NCBI GenBank assembly: GCA_963730935.1
Contig: CAVSTP010000004.1
Coordinates: forward strand, 512,001 to 576,000
Direction: 5' to 3'
Source: an uncultured Nitrospiraceae bacterium
GTDB lineage: Bacteria; Nitrospirota; Nitrospiria; Nitrospirales; Nitrospiraceae
DNA length: 64,000 nt
This document shows positions 13,229-22,592 of this stretch, piece after piece. The translations under genes were made by a program, and so were the position numbers. The notes under the pieces were generated by a model. It had not been told where the DNA came from, did no database searches, and saw only the letters and a list, made by a program, of their open reading frames with translations. How positions within the stretch are numbered: the stretch's first letter is position 1; every line of letters starts with the position of its first letter.

Positions 13229-14329
13229 TCAAAACTTCTCGATCAGTACTTCGGCGAACGTGAAGCTGCCTTGATCGACGGAGAAGAACAACGACTCCAC
13301 TGGACCCTGCGTGAAATATTCCACCGTGACGTAGTGGCTCCCTAAACCTCCCGCGCTTGTATTAGGTCCACTCCAGGCCTGCCACACGAAATAAGAATGG
13401 CCGTAAAAGTTATAGCCATGAAGGGTTGCCTTCCCGCCACCAGCTCCATAGAAATCGATCAAATACCAGCCAGGAGGGCCAGACGCAGTTTGGATCACCT
13501 TGACATTGTGCATGGGGGGACCACTGGATTGGGTGGGTGCTCGAAAGCATGATTCGTTCTTCAGCAGGTACGTGGTGGCTCCTGAGGAAGTCGTCGTCAG
13601 CGAGGCTCCGTACAAACTCATGTAGGCGTTGTTAGGGAGAGGCGAGAAGGGAGTTTGAGGAGTGAGCCTGACGGAATAGGCTAATTGAGCATGCGCTTCG
13701 GTGGCGACAAAGGGATTAACGAAATTCCAAAGGAAGGAGAGCAGATCAAGCGGCTCATGTACATTGAAGCCACTCCGAAACGGCTGTACCCGTTGAGCCT
13801 CTTGGGCTTTCTTCCTGACTACTGGATCGGGGTGGTTGAGGAGTATATGACGTAATTGCTGTGTCGTCAGTCTGCCTTGATTGATTCTCTTCAGGTCCTG
13901 CTCAGCTTCTTGACGCTCAACCTGGCTGTCTGACGGCTCGCCGCCGGACTGCCGAGGCGTTCCCGGTGCTCCCGAGACAGTGCGCTGGGCTTTTGTCCTA
14001 ATGCTTGGATCAGGATGGTTAAGGAGCATTTGACGGAGCTGCGGCGCCGTGAGCCTCCCTTGCTTGATACTCCTCAAAGCATTCTCAGCTTGTTGCACTT
14101 CCGCAAGCATTTCTGGCTGCACCTGTCCCTTCTGCACTGGCACCGCACGCTCTTGAACTTCGCCAGCCGATGGCTCGGGTGAGGCTTCTGGGGCGGACTC
14201 GATCACCGCGGGAGCGGGGTCACCGGCAGGGGAGACCTCGACTGGTGCTGGTGGATCCGCAATCGTCAGTCCCACATAAAGCAGAAGCACGTTCCCGATC
14301 ACAATCACTGCACAATTGACGGGTCTCAT
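13229..14329 (-). CDS. secreted hypothetical protein with an internal ~37-aa duplication
   Basis: N-terminal hydrophobic signal, Pro-rich linker, two 'QGRLT..QLR..LLNHPDP..R.KAQ' units. Confidence 0.75.
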   Translation of the reverse strand: MRPVNCAVIVIGNVLLLYVGLTIADPPAPVEVSPAGDPAPAVIESAPEASPEPSAGEVQERAVPVQKGQVQPEMLAEVQQAENALRSIKQGRLTAPQLRQMLLNHPDPSIRTKAQRTVSGAPGTPRQSGGEPSDSQVERQEAEQDLKRINQGRLTTQQLRHILLNHPDPVVRKKAQEAQRVQPFRSGFNVHEPLDLLSFLWNFVNPFVATEAHAQLAYSVRLTPQTPFSPLPNNAYMSLYGASLTTTSSGATTYLLKNESCFRAPTQSSGPPMHNVKVIQTASGPPGWYLIDFYGAGGGKATLHGYNFYGHSYFVWQAWSGPNTSAGGLGSHYVTVEYFTQGPVESLFFSVDQGSFTFAEVLIEKF

Positions 14330-14892
14330 GGCTGTCTCTCCCTTCGCTCGACTGAGGAGTCAGCGTGTCTTGTCTGCAACTTCTTTTTCAGTGCACGTTG
14401 GATCTGAATCGGCGTGAGGTAGAACCTGCGCAACCCACGAACGCGGCTGCCATCGTAGGAGCCGATCGCTCCAAGACCTTGCCCGCCGGGGAGCAGCAAC
14501 ACGACGTGTGGAAACTTCTCGTCATCTGTGACGTAGAGGGCAATCGGGGTCGCGATGTCCTCTGTGTGACTGGTGACGATCGCCTCGACTGTCAGCGCGG
14601 GCTGGCCCTTCTGAGGCACAAGCTTCAAGCGATGTGCCTCGGCTGTAAAGACGTGATACGTGTCTGGGCCCGCGACGGTGTCCGTCACATCCGGTGCAAT
14701 GAAGTGGACCGGTTGATCGAGCGAGACAGCATCGAGCGTTTCGGCTTGCAGCAGTTCGAGGGTGATCCCGGCTGATTCGTTTCCCTTGTCGAGAGGTTCT
14801 CCCGCGCAATGTTGGCTGAACGACAGATTGAGCACTCCAACGGCAGTGATGAAGAGGAGGGCCGGTAGGAAGACGCGCACTCGGTCGCGCAT
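14326..14892 (-). CDS. secreted hypothetical protein
   Basis: signal-peptide-like N-terminus; ATGA overlap with the downstream gene. Confidence 0.75.
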   Translation of the reverse strand: MRDRVRVFLPALLFITAVGVLNLSFSQHCAGEPLDKGNESAGITLELLQAETLDAVSLDQPVHFIAPDVTDTVAGPDTYHVFTAEAHRLKLVPQKGQPALTVEAIVTSHTEDIATPIALYVTDDEKFPHVVLLLPGGQGLGAIGSYDGSRVRGLRRFYLTPIQIQRALKKKLQTRHADSSVERRERQP

Positions 14893-14954
14893 GGCGACAC
14901 CTGCCTCAATGTGGGAGGAGCAGGGTCTCAGCTTCTATGCGGTGAGTCGCGGGA

Positions 14955-14983
14955 ATTGTCTGGCGGGTTCAAGAAAAGTGCAA
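14955..14983 (-). promoter_or_regulatory. sigma70-type promoter TTGCAC-N17-GACAAT
   Basis: exact 17-nt spacing; both hexamers conserved in the paralogous copy at 21250-21278. Confidence 0.65.
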
Positions 14984-15724
14984 GAGGAAAAACGCGATTG
15001 GGAGAATATACGTGTATTCATGTGCCGATAGCTTCTTCTACCTTTCATAGTTCTCAGCGCACCAAATCATAGCCTAGAATCAATGCCTTATGGCCCCTGC
15101 TACCAGAGTGCTACCGGTCTCAATGAGACGCAAGTGGACGTTATGGTGTGAATGGTAGCGCAGCGGTCACTCCCCGAATTTAGATCAGATCGTGCCTAAT
15201 GTCGACTTCAGCCATCGGCACAGCCCCCCATCGGGTTCACGCTTGGTTCCATCTTGGGTTTGCACGCAACAGAACAAACGTGCGAGTGCGGTCACGCTTA
15301 GTCTAGGATCACTGGTGCGATTTTTAAATCCTGGACTTTAGCGTATATCACTCTTAGGCGCTCGTTCTGCTCCCTAATAGCGGTTATTTCAGAAGGATCG
15401 CAGGGGTTTGTATTCAAAACTGTACCTAGTATATATACTTAGTATTCACAGCGGGCTATCATTTTTTGGGGGAGAGAGACATACTTTTTCGCGCTCGGCT
15501 TTGTGATGTACTGGATCTGAGAGTTCAATCCTGTGCAAACCAGGAATCCACGGCCACTGCTGGACAGGTAGTCGGAGCTTTTATGGGATCGCAATGGATG
15601 CGAACTGCTCCACCCCTCAGACATTGCTCCCCATTACCCTAAAGGTTTCCTTACTGGGCTAATTGCGTTAGTCCGTGTGCGAACCGTGAAAATGAGAACA
15701 ATGGCCATATCATCGAGGTGATCT

Positions 15725-17515
15725 ATGTACTCCGGTTTTTACGGTTTTACCACGGAGCCATTTCAAAACACCCCGGACCTCGATTTTCTCTTCCTTAGTC
15801 CAAATCATAAAGAAGCGTTAGCGTGCATTGAATACGGCATTAGACAACGTAAAGGGTTCATCGCGATCACTGGCGAGGCGGGAGTTGGAAAAACCATAAT
15901 ACTTCGCTCCTATCTCACCAAAGTCGATGCAAATAAACAGAAAACGATTTATATCCTCAATCCCAGGGTCAGTTTCGACAGTCTTCTCACCACCATTCTC
16001 AAAGAATTAAGCGCGGAACCTGTCGCTGGCCCTGTAACACAGAAGCTCAACCAACTGCACGAGGTGTTGATAGCCGAATACCGCAATGACCACACGGTGC
16101 TCCTCATTATCGACGAAGCCCAGAACATACCTATCGAAACGTTGGAAAGTATTCGCATGCTGTCCAACTTAGAAACCGCAAGGGAGAAGTTAATTCAGGT
16201 AATCCTTATGGGCCAGCCAGAGTTGCACGCATTGCTCAACCGCTATGAGTTGCGCCAAGTTCGTGAGCGAATTGTCCTTCGGGCAAAAATTGCACCGCTC
16301 ACCAAAACTGAGAGTGAAGACTACATTGATCACCGGCTCAGCGTTGTGAGAAGAGAGCCACGGGCTGTCTTTTCAAAGCAAGCGCTCGATCGAATTGTGA
16401 AATCCGCAAATGGTATTCCACGAAGACTGAACATTCTCTGTGATGCCGTGCTCATTGCAGGATTTGAATATCGGCAAGCGATCATTTCAGGCAGGATTGC
16501 GAAGGAGGCAATTGCAGTTTTCAATGGTTTATCTCAGCCTGCTCGAAGGCTTCAGCCGCGGTACGCCGTGGGCATGCTGAGTGTGGTTTTAGTGGTCGTC
16601 TTCTATCTTATCTATCTCACGGCCATACCAGGTATTACGGTCAGCGGCCCCTCAGAGGATACGGACCAAAACAACGAACCCCCAAAGCCCGTTCTGGGAA
16701 GTATCGGAACAGATCAACTATTTGCACGCGACACCCGCGATACCGACTCCGTGCCGCCAGCACGCTTGGTCAGTGAGCTCGACGCAAAAGAGGGCAACGA
16801 TCTATCCCGAGCGGAGAGGATTGAGTTAAGTGAAACGGCCAGGCTTTTGGCCGTTCTTTTGGATTCTGGAAGGGTTGTCCTGGGACGAGCACAGTCCACG
16901 ATCAACAATCCCAGAATTGGGGAGAAAGGGTTTTCCTCGAGTGTTTTTGAAGGTCAACTGAGGAAAGAGTTTCAGACAAGAACTGGGCATGATCTGCACA
17001 ATCTTGCCGTTGCGCCGATGCCGGAATCCGCCAAACCCTTACTCCTCCGGCTGGCCTTCTTCATGCAAAAAGCCGTACATGATGTGCAACCCGACATCAA
17101 CAAGAAGGGGATCGGGTTTAAAGGCTTCATCCCCGCCACATTTGGAACGCAGGTGGCCGATAGCTTCTCGAAGGACACCGGTTTAGAGTTGCGGCAGATT
17201 GGCCCGCCCGGCACCGAGCCGCGAAACCCGAATAACAAACCGAATGAACAGGAGGAGCAACTCCTTTACGACGTGCAGAAAAATCATCCCCGGGTTGGAG
17301 ATCACATTGTAGAGCAAGAGCTGGCTGATAGTCGTGGTGTTCGCGTCATGCTCCCCCTCTTTTACAGCAAACAATGCCTTGCCTGTCATGGCAACCCCAA
17401 GGGACAGGTCGACATCTCCGGGTATCAAAAAGAAGGCTTCAAGGAGGGAGACTTAGGAGGGGCCATTTCTATTGTGCTTTCTGCTCAGAACAAGCTCACA
17501 AAGAGCAGCGAATGA
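15725..17515 (+). CDS. ExeA/GspA-family AAA ATPase fused via a TM segment to a DUF3365/Tll0287-like CxxCH domain
   Basis: 'FYGFTTEPFQNTPD', GEAGVGKT, 'LIIDEAQ', 'GIPRRLNILCD'; TM; C-terminal 'CLACHG..GFKEGDLGGAISI'. Confidence 0.85.
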   Translation: MYSGFYGFTTEPFQNTPDLDFLFLSPNHKEALACIEYGIRQRKGFIAITGEAGVGKTIILRSYLTKVDANKQKTIYILNPRVSFDSLLTTILKELSAEPVAGPVTQKLNQLHEVLIAEYRNDHTVLLIIDEAQNIPIETLESIRMLSNLETAREKLIQVILMGQPELHALLNRYELRQVRERIVLRAKIAPLTKTESEDYIDHRLSVVRREPRAVFSKQALDRIVKSANGIPRRLNILCDAVLIAGFEYRQAIISGRIAKEAIAVFNGLSQPARRLQPRYAVGMLSVVLVVVFYLIYLTAIPGITVSGPSEDTDQNNEPPKPVLGSIGTDQLFARDTRDTDSVPPARLVSELDAKEGNDLSRAERIELSETARLLAVLLDSGRVVLGRAQSTINNPRIGEKGFSSSVFEGQLRKEFQTRTGHDLHNLAVAPMPESAKPLLLRLAFFMQKAVHDVQPDINKKGIGFKGFIPATFGTQVADSFSKDTGLELRQIGPPGTEPRNPNNKPNEQEEQLLYDVQKNHPRVGDHIVEQELADSRGVRVMLPLFYSKQCLACHGNPKGQVDISGYQKEGFKEGDLGGAISIVLSAQNKLTKSSE

Positions 17516-17724
17516 GTCGAATTTTTGAAGCCTTTCAACACGCCGAGGAAGAACGGCTTCAACGGTCTGCGGAAGAGCAGAGGGGCTTTCAGGGACGGAT
17601 TTCTGAGCGGACTGGCACCGACCGTCGCAGCGCAAGCACGTGCTCGCGGATATCCTCGCGGCAACCATTGGTGGCAACTGGCAAGACACTTCCCGTTGAC
17701 ACGGGAATGAAGACCAAGCGCTGA
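17512..17724 (+). pseudogene. short ORF resembling the N-terminus of ExeB or polysaccharide tyrosine-kinase proteins; probably truncated
   Basis: ATGA overlap with the exeA-like gene; 'MSRIFEAFQHAEEER' start motif, then no recognisable similarity. Confidence 0.4.
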
Positions 17725-17767
17725 AAGCGGCATATATTGGAGCAAGACCCTCGACCGGGTCTCTCGT

Positions 17768-19927
17768 ATGATAGACCAGCAATCAACACAATGGTATCAG
17801 AGTGCAATCGATCAACTGACGCGAATCGCGGCGGCGATTCATCGGCACCATGACCTCGATTTGAAGACAGTGTCGTCGCTTGCGTCGGATATTGTGGAGT
17901 CGCTTAGCCGGAGTGACCAGCTGGTAGTCGAAGCCCTCGCGGGATCTAGCGGGTCACAATTGATCACGAATCTGATCAATGTCGGAATCTTGGCGACGAA
18001 GGTGGGGATAGGGCTCGGGTATTACCCGATGGAGTTAGAACGGCTGGCCCTGGCTGGGCTGGTGCATGATATCGGCCTCCTTGCCTTCCCGCAATCACTG
18101 GTTACCAAAGCCGGTCGCCTGACACCTGAAGAGCGCATGCTCATCGAGCAACATCCCGAACTGGGCTATCAAGCGGTGCGGAAGCTCGGAACGACGCATG
18201 ACTGGCTGGCGGAGGTAGTCCGCCAGGCTCACGAACGGTGGAATGGGCAAGGCTACCCCAATAAACTCAAGGGTCGCCAGATCAACGAATTCGCTCAAAT
18301 CATCGCTGTCGTGGATGTCTTTGATGCACTGGTCAGTCCCCGTACCTATCGTCGCCGATTCCTTCCTCACGAGGCCGTGCGCGAGCTCGTGGCGGTCGAG
18401 AGAACGGCGTTTCCGCGGAAAGTCATCAAGGCGTTGGTCGAACAGCTCTCGGCCTATCCGATTGGAACCTCGGTCCGGCTGTCGACCGGTGAGCTGGGCA
18501 CAGTGATCCGTGTCAATACTCGCTTTCCACTCCGTCCGATGGTCTTGATCGGTGAATGCCCGACGGATGGCTCCGCAGCACGGCAAGTCGATCTGAGTAC
18601 GTCACCATGGGTGACGATCATTGAGACCGTCGAGCCTCCCGATGTCGCGCGTATATCATTTCCAATACGACCGCTGGCGCTCCCTGTCACGGAACATCCC
18701 TGCCGCTTTCCTGCCGTTCTGTCGCCAAGGAATCGGGCCGCTCTTGATGCAATCGCGAATGTGATTCAAGAGGTGGTGGAGTCAGTCGCGTCTGTCCGTC
18801 AAGGTGTCGACAGCCTTTCCGAAGGGGAGACGAGGTGGCCGCATCGACGCATGGCTGTTCAAGAGTTGATGAATGCCTCGTTTGAAAAAGAAGTCGTGGG
18901 GTTGTTTGCCCTGGAAGCACACGAATGGTTGGCGCAGATTCAGAGGGCGCTGAAGCTGCTGACTGAGGGGGACGATCAAGCCGTTCGACCAAAGCTCTAC
19001 GGTATCATTCTGCAGGGGATCACCAATCTCGCGAAGTCAGCGGCGACCGTTCAGCTATCGGCCATTGAACAGATGGCCATGAACCTCTTGCCGATTCTGC
19101 ATGAGGTCAGACGGCAGGAGCCGCGCCCAGCCGCGGCGGCGCTAAACTGGTTCCATGAAGGCTTAGTAGGCATCAGCACAGCCATTCACCGTCTGACCAA
19201 TGATCACGCGGAACAACCTATCGCGCAATTTCCTGACGGTGGGAACTCACCCATTGAGGCTCCATCCTCCCATTGCTTGTCGAACCGCCAACAGGTGGCC
19301 ACACCGCAGCCAGTCATTCAGTCATCAGAGGCGAGCGAGCCACCGCTTCTGAAAGCCTTACGTGAACTTCAGCAAGCTCGAGCAAGGTCTGTGCAGCCCA
19401 CCAGAGATGTCTTGGAAGCAGTCATCCTTAGGGCTGGACACGAGGCGGGAGATATAGGCGTATCTGTAATGAAACGCATTCTCAATGAGTTACATATACT
19501 TGATGAACAATTTCTTGAAGACGTCAACCGGCGGGTTCCGGTGATCATGCAAGCACTTCACAACTTACGAAGTCAGGAGAAAACCGATTCAGTGACCGCT
19601 TCTCAACTCGATCCAATCGTGTGCGAAATTGATGCACTTTACGATCTGGCGAATCGTGTCCAAGCCTCAATGATGGCCATGTTCCTCCACGGTCTTCGGT
19701 CGTTCCTACTCGATCTAGCGAATCGTGTCCGAGCCTCAATGATGACCATGTTCCTCGACGGTCTTCGGTCGTTCCTACTCGTGAGCGCCTACAGAAAGGA
19801 CTCGACGCTGCCTCAATGGCTTGAGATGGTCGAAGCACGAGTGCAGACCCTCATTCCAATGGCCGAACAGTGGGTCAATATTGGCCGGACCGAACGGGCA
19901 GACATCAGTGAAATTCTACGAGCCTAG
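17768..19927 (+). CDS. HD-GYP domain protein (putative c-di-GMP phosphodiesterase) with helical Hpt-like C-terminal region
   Basis: 'LVHDIG', 'HPELG', 'HERWNGQGYP', 'DVFDAL..PRTYR'. Confidence 0.85.
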   Translation: MIDQQSTQWYQSAIDQLTRIAAAIHRHHDLDLKTVSSLASDIVESLSRSDQLVVEALAGSSGSQLITNLINVGILATKVGIGLGYYPMELERLALAGLVHDIGLLAFPQSLVTKAGRLTPEERMLIEQHPELGYQAVRKLGTTHDWLAEVVRQAHERWNGQGYPNKLKGRQINEFAQIIAVVDVFDALVSPRTYRRRFLPHEAVRELVAVERTAFPRKVIKALVEQLSAYPIGTSVRLSTGELGTVIRVNTRFPLRPMVLIGECPTDGSAARQVDLSTSPWVTIIETVEPPDVARISFPIRPLALPVTEHPCRFPAVLSPRNRAALDAIANVIQEVVESVASVRQGVDSLSEGETRWPHRRMAVQELMNASFEKEVVGLFALEAHEWLAQIQRALKLLTEGDDQAVRPKLYGIILQGITNLAKSAATVQLSAIEQMAMNLLPILHEVRRQEPRPAAAALNWFHEGLVGISTAIHRLTNDHAEQPIAQFPDGGNSPIEAPSSHCLSNRQQVATPQPVIQSSEASEPPLLKALRELQQARARSVQPTRDVLEAVILRAGHEAGDIGVSVMKRILNELHILDEQFLEDVNRRVPVIMQALHNLRSQEKTDSVTASQLDPIVCEIDALYDLANRVQASMMAMFLHGLRSFLLDLANRVRASMMTMFLDGLRSFLLVSAYRKDSTLPQWLEMVEARVQTLIPMAEQWVNIGRTERADISEILRA
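19643..19780 (+). repeat. in-frame 69-bp tandem duplication inside the HD-GYP gene
   Basis: units 19643-19711 and 19712-19780 differ at 4 positions. Confidence 0.92.
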
Positions 19928-20132
19928 CCCGACGGACGATCCTTTCCTCCTTCCAACCCATCACCTCGGTTGCCATGGTACTAAGCAACCTGGTTCATTA
20001 GTTCGATGCCCCTCAGAACTTGTGGGGTGGCTGCCGATTGGGAACCAAGGCGCTGCAGATCGTCTGGACGGCTCAAGCACTGGATGTGGTAACAGAACGG
20101 TAGCAAACCCTGGAGCGGAATCGTCTAGGTTG

Positions 20133-20178
20133 TGGAGCTGGCGAGAGGAATTGAACCTCCAACCTGTGGTTTACAAAA
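20133..20178 (-). repeat. att-type direct repeat: 3' half of tRNA-Thr(TGT), internal copy
   Basis: 46 bp identical to 29254-29299. Confidence 0.92.
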
Positions 20179-20408
20179 ACCAATCGATTCAAATCTCCCT
20201 GAGTGGAAGGGGATTGATGAACAAGGCAAACGCCATGATCAAAACGATGAATAGTGCATTGGCTTGTGACATTGAATTGCGCCCAGTGTGAACCTGTAAG
20301 TAGGCGACGGTTACATTTACGGTTACACTTTACTCAACTTGCGAGGCGCCCGGGCCCCAAGGCCAGAGCGCCGAGCACGCAGATGTGCATGGTACCTTGC
20401 CGAGAGAC

Positions 20409-20468
20409 CCACCCTTGGGAGGGGTGTCTGCGGTCACGCCGTAGGCCAGTCAGGTAAAGCGGCATACA
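20409..20468. repeat. bipartite repeat, copy 1
   Basis: CCACCCTTGGGA-GGGGTGTC N18 CAGTCAGGTAAAG N4 ATACA (one A missing in box A). Confidence 0.9.
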
Positions 20469-20659
20469 TGGTCAGCTCGAAAGCCGCGTCGGCTCACCCC
20501 GGCGCCGGTGGATGGGTGCTCTGGCCTGGCCGCTCGTTCGCTAGTGTTAGGAAGGCCGCGCATCAAAAATACCGCCGGTCAACAAAACTGTCGCTATTGA
20601 CATGGCAATCATTGCATGGCGCCCTCCTCAGGCTGAGGTAGCTTTTCAGGGAGCTTTCT

Positions 20660-21115
20660 TTAGCGCTCCCTCGGAGGTCCAACTTTCATCGGCGCCACTG
20701 TCCATCCACATTGGCCACTGCACGGACCGTTCGCGCTTTTGGCACAGACGGCAACATCCGTGGGACCAGATGGGGTCATAAATCCAGTATTAGAGATACT
20801 TGGAACACAATTACCCGTCCCCTGGACGCACCCGCAACTGAGAAGCAATGAATCCCCGCCTCCCGCTTTCTGCCTTGCCATCATTTGATTGTTCGCTCCC
20901 TTTTCTAACACAAAACCCGGTGCGGCCCTGAGTTGATTGTCCTGCACGATGACCCCTTGGAGAGGGTCGCCTCGTTCCTGCACGTCACCGGTTGCTGGAG
21001 GTTGTTCTGTTGGAGAAGGCTTGTCTGCGGCATGAGTGAACGAGAGCCCGCCGGTGGCAAGCACCAGAGTGAAGAAACTCGATCGAAGCAATCGCGCTAG
21101 GGACAACAGATTCAT
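20660..21115 (-). CDS. secreted Cys-rich hypothetical protein
   Basis: AAAGGAG RBS, signal peptide ending 'THA', 'GDVQER' motif, 6 C-terminal Cys. Confidence 0.75.
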   Translation of the reverse strand: MNLLSLARLLRSSFFTLVLATGGLSFTHAADKPSPTEQPPATGDVQERGDPLQGVIVQDNQLRAAPGFVLEKGANNQMMARQKAGGGDSLLLSCGCVQGTGNCVPSISNTGFMTPSGPTDVAVCAKSANGPCSGQCGWTVAPMKVGPPRER

Positions 21116-21249
21116 TGGTAACTCCTTTCGGTTTCCTTGAGCACGGTTGTTCTGCATGGCGACAACAACCTATTAGGATAGCCAGTGCGTTGCTCACCGA
21201 CCTGGGACAAATCACATTTGTCCAAAGGTTCTATGGGGTGAGTCGCAGG

Positions 21250-21278
21250 ATTGTCTGGCACGTTCAATAAAAGTGCAA
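21250..21278 (-). promoter_or_regulatory. sigma70-type promoter TTGCAC-N17-GACAAT (second copy)
   Basis: paralogous to 14955-14983. Confidence 0.65.
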
Positions 21279-21391
21279 GGGCGAAAACGTGGTGAGAGAA
21301 AATATTCGATGGCCCGACAAGGGGCGAATTGCAGATTCACAAACTCTGGGCATGTCTATTCGAGATGGCAGCTGATGACAGCTACCCGAGG

Positions 21392-21452
21392 CCACCCTTG
21401 GGAAGGGGTGTCAGTCTGCATGACGGCTGCCAATCAGGTGAAGGCTGATACA
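21392..21452. repeat. bipartite repeat, copy 2
   Basis: CCACCCTTGGGAAGGGGTGTC N18 CAATCAGGTGAAG N4 ATACA. Confidence 0.92.
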
Positions 21453-21478
21453 GGGCGAGGTGAAATGGGGAGCGAATT

Positions 21479-21907
21479 TTAGTTGCGAGGTTCTTCCATG
21501 CGAGTGCGGGGAACAGCAGCAGGAATTGCCTTGCGAATGACCTTATCCAGTTCATCGCCTGAGGTACGAGATTTCACCAAATACGCGAACGCGCCATTCT
21601 TGAGTGCGTGTTGGGGAAAGGTTTCAATATCTACACGGGTCAATATGATTACGGCTACTTCCGGGTGGTGAACACGGCGGACTAAATCTACGAGTACCTG
21701 GAAACCGGACGTGTCAGGCAAGTCCAGCTCTGAGACAACGCAATTGATCTGCATAGATTCGCAAAGGGACAATCCTGCCGCTCCAGTGTCAGCTTCGACG
21801 ATGAGATAATCCGGTGCTGAAGTGGTAAGGCGCTGGACATAGTATTGTCGGGCGTCCTTATAGGCATCGATGAAGAGAACGGTCGCAGAGGGGTAACGGA
21901 TTAGCAT
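21479..21907 (-). CDS. stand-alone receiver-domain protein (Glu at the phospho-Asp position)
   Basis: 'CVVSELDLPDTSGFQVL', 'NGAFAYLVK'; paralog of 26165-26575. Confidence 0.8.
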   Translation of the reverse strand: MLIRYPSATVLFIDAYKDARQYYVQRLTTSAPDYLIVEADTGAAGLSLCESMQINCVVSELDLPDTSGFQVLVDLVRRVHHPEVAVIILTRVDIETFPQHALKNGAFAYLVKSRTSGDELDKVIRKAIPAAVPRTRMEEPRN

Positions 21908-22151
21908 GAAGCGCCTTAGGGGTAAGACTCAACCGATCCTCGAATTCCCTGATAGAACAGCGGAGAGGTCGATTTTAGGAGTGCGTTGTCAGTGAAGCAA
22001 TAGGGCAGAGGGGTAATGAATTACGTGTATTTAATTATTTTGAGCCGATCAGACTGTCTTCCCGAGGCAGCGAACAACGGTCCTCTCACGGCTTCCTGAC
22101 AACCCGCGACGAAAACAGTGTCAATAGGAGCAACGTGCGTCGGATGGTGTG

Positions 22152-22212
22152 CCACCCTTGGGAAGGGGTGTCTACCATGTGGGCGACTGGCAGTCAGATA
22201 AAGACAGATACA
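22152..22212. repeat. bipartite repeat, copy 3
   Basis: CCACCCTTGGGAAGGGGTGTC N18 CAGTCAGATAAAG N4 ATACA. Confidence 0.92.
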
Positions 22213-22592
22213 GGGCCGGAGAAAAACGCCGAAGATGAGTCAGCGGCAGGCAAAGAACCGATTGAAACCGATCGGACACTGTAGTTCTGCCATAGTTTAG
22301 CCACAGTCCCAGCGAGGTGAATTGGCAAAACTCTGGGTCAGGAAACCCGGCGGGGCAACCCGCCGCAAGGATAGAATAGGTGTCTTCTCTGCTGGCTCAC
22401 TCAGACTCGTGCGCGTATTTGTTTCGGTCGCTTTGCTGCCCTCCAATCCAGCAGTCGCTAATGCCAATGGGCTTGAGATCCAGCCACCTGGCTCTGCGGG
22501 CAAGCTATCTCGTCCTGCGACGGTAAAGCTGCTGTAAATGCCGTCGGCCGATGCCGCGCACCGCTGGCTCATCATCGACGCCTCAATGAGCA

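Larger units (their letters stand above)
13011..20132. mobile_element. genomic island B (about 7.1 kb) between two tRNA-Thr 3' repeats; no integrase seen
   Basis: bounded by the repeats at 12966-13010 and 20133-20178; accessory cargo. Confidence 0.75.

Noticed and set aside
19643..19780. DGR template/variable repeat pair
   Set aside because: Adjacent in-frame tandem, differences not confined to adenines of one copy, and no reverse transcriptase in the window.
12966..20178. Two additional tRNA-Thr genes
   Set aside because: Only the 3' 45-46 nt are present; the D arm and the 5' acceptor strand are missing.
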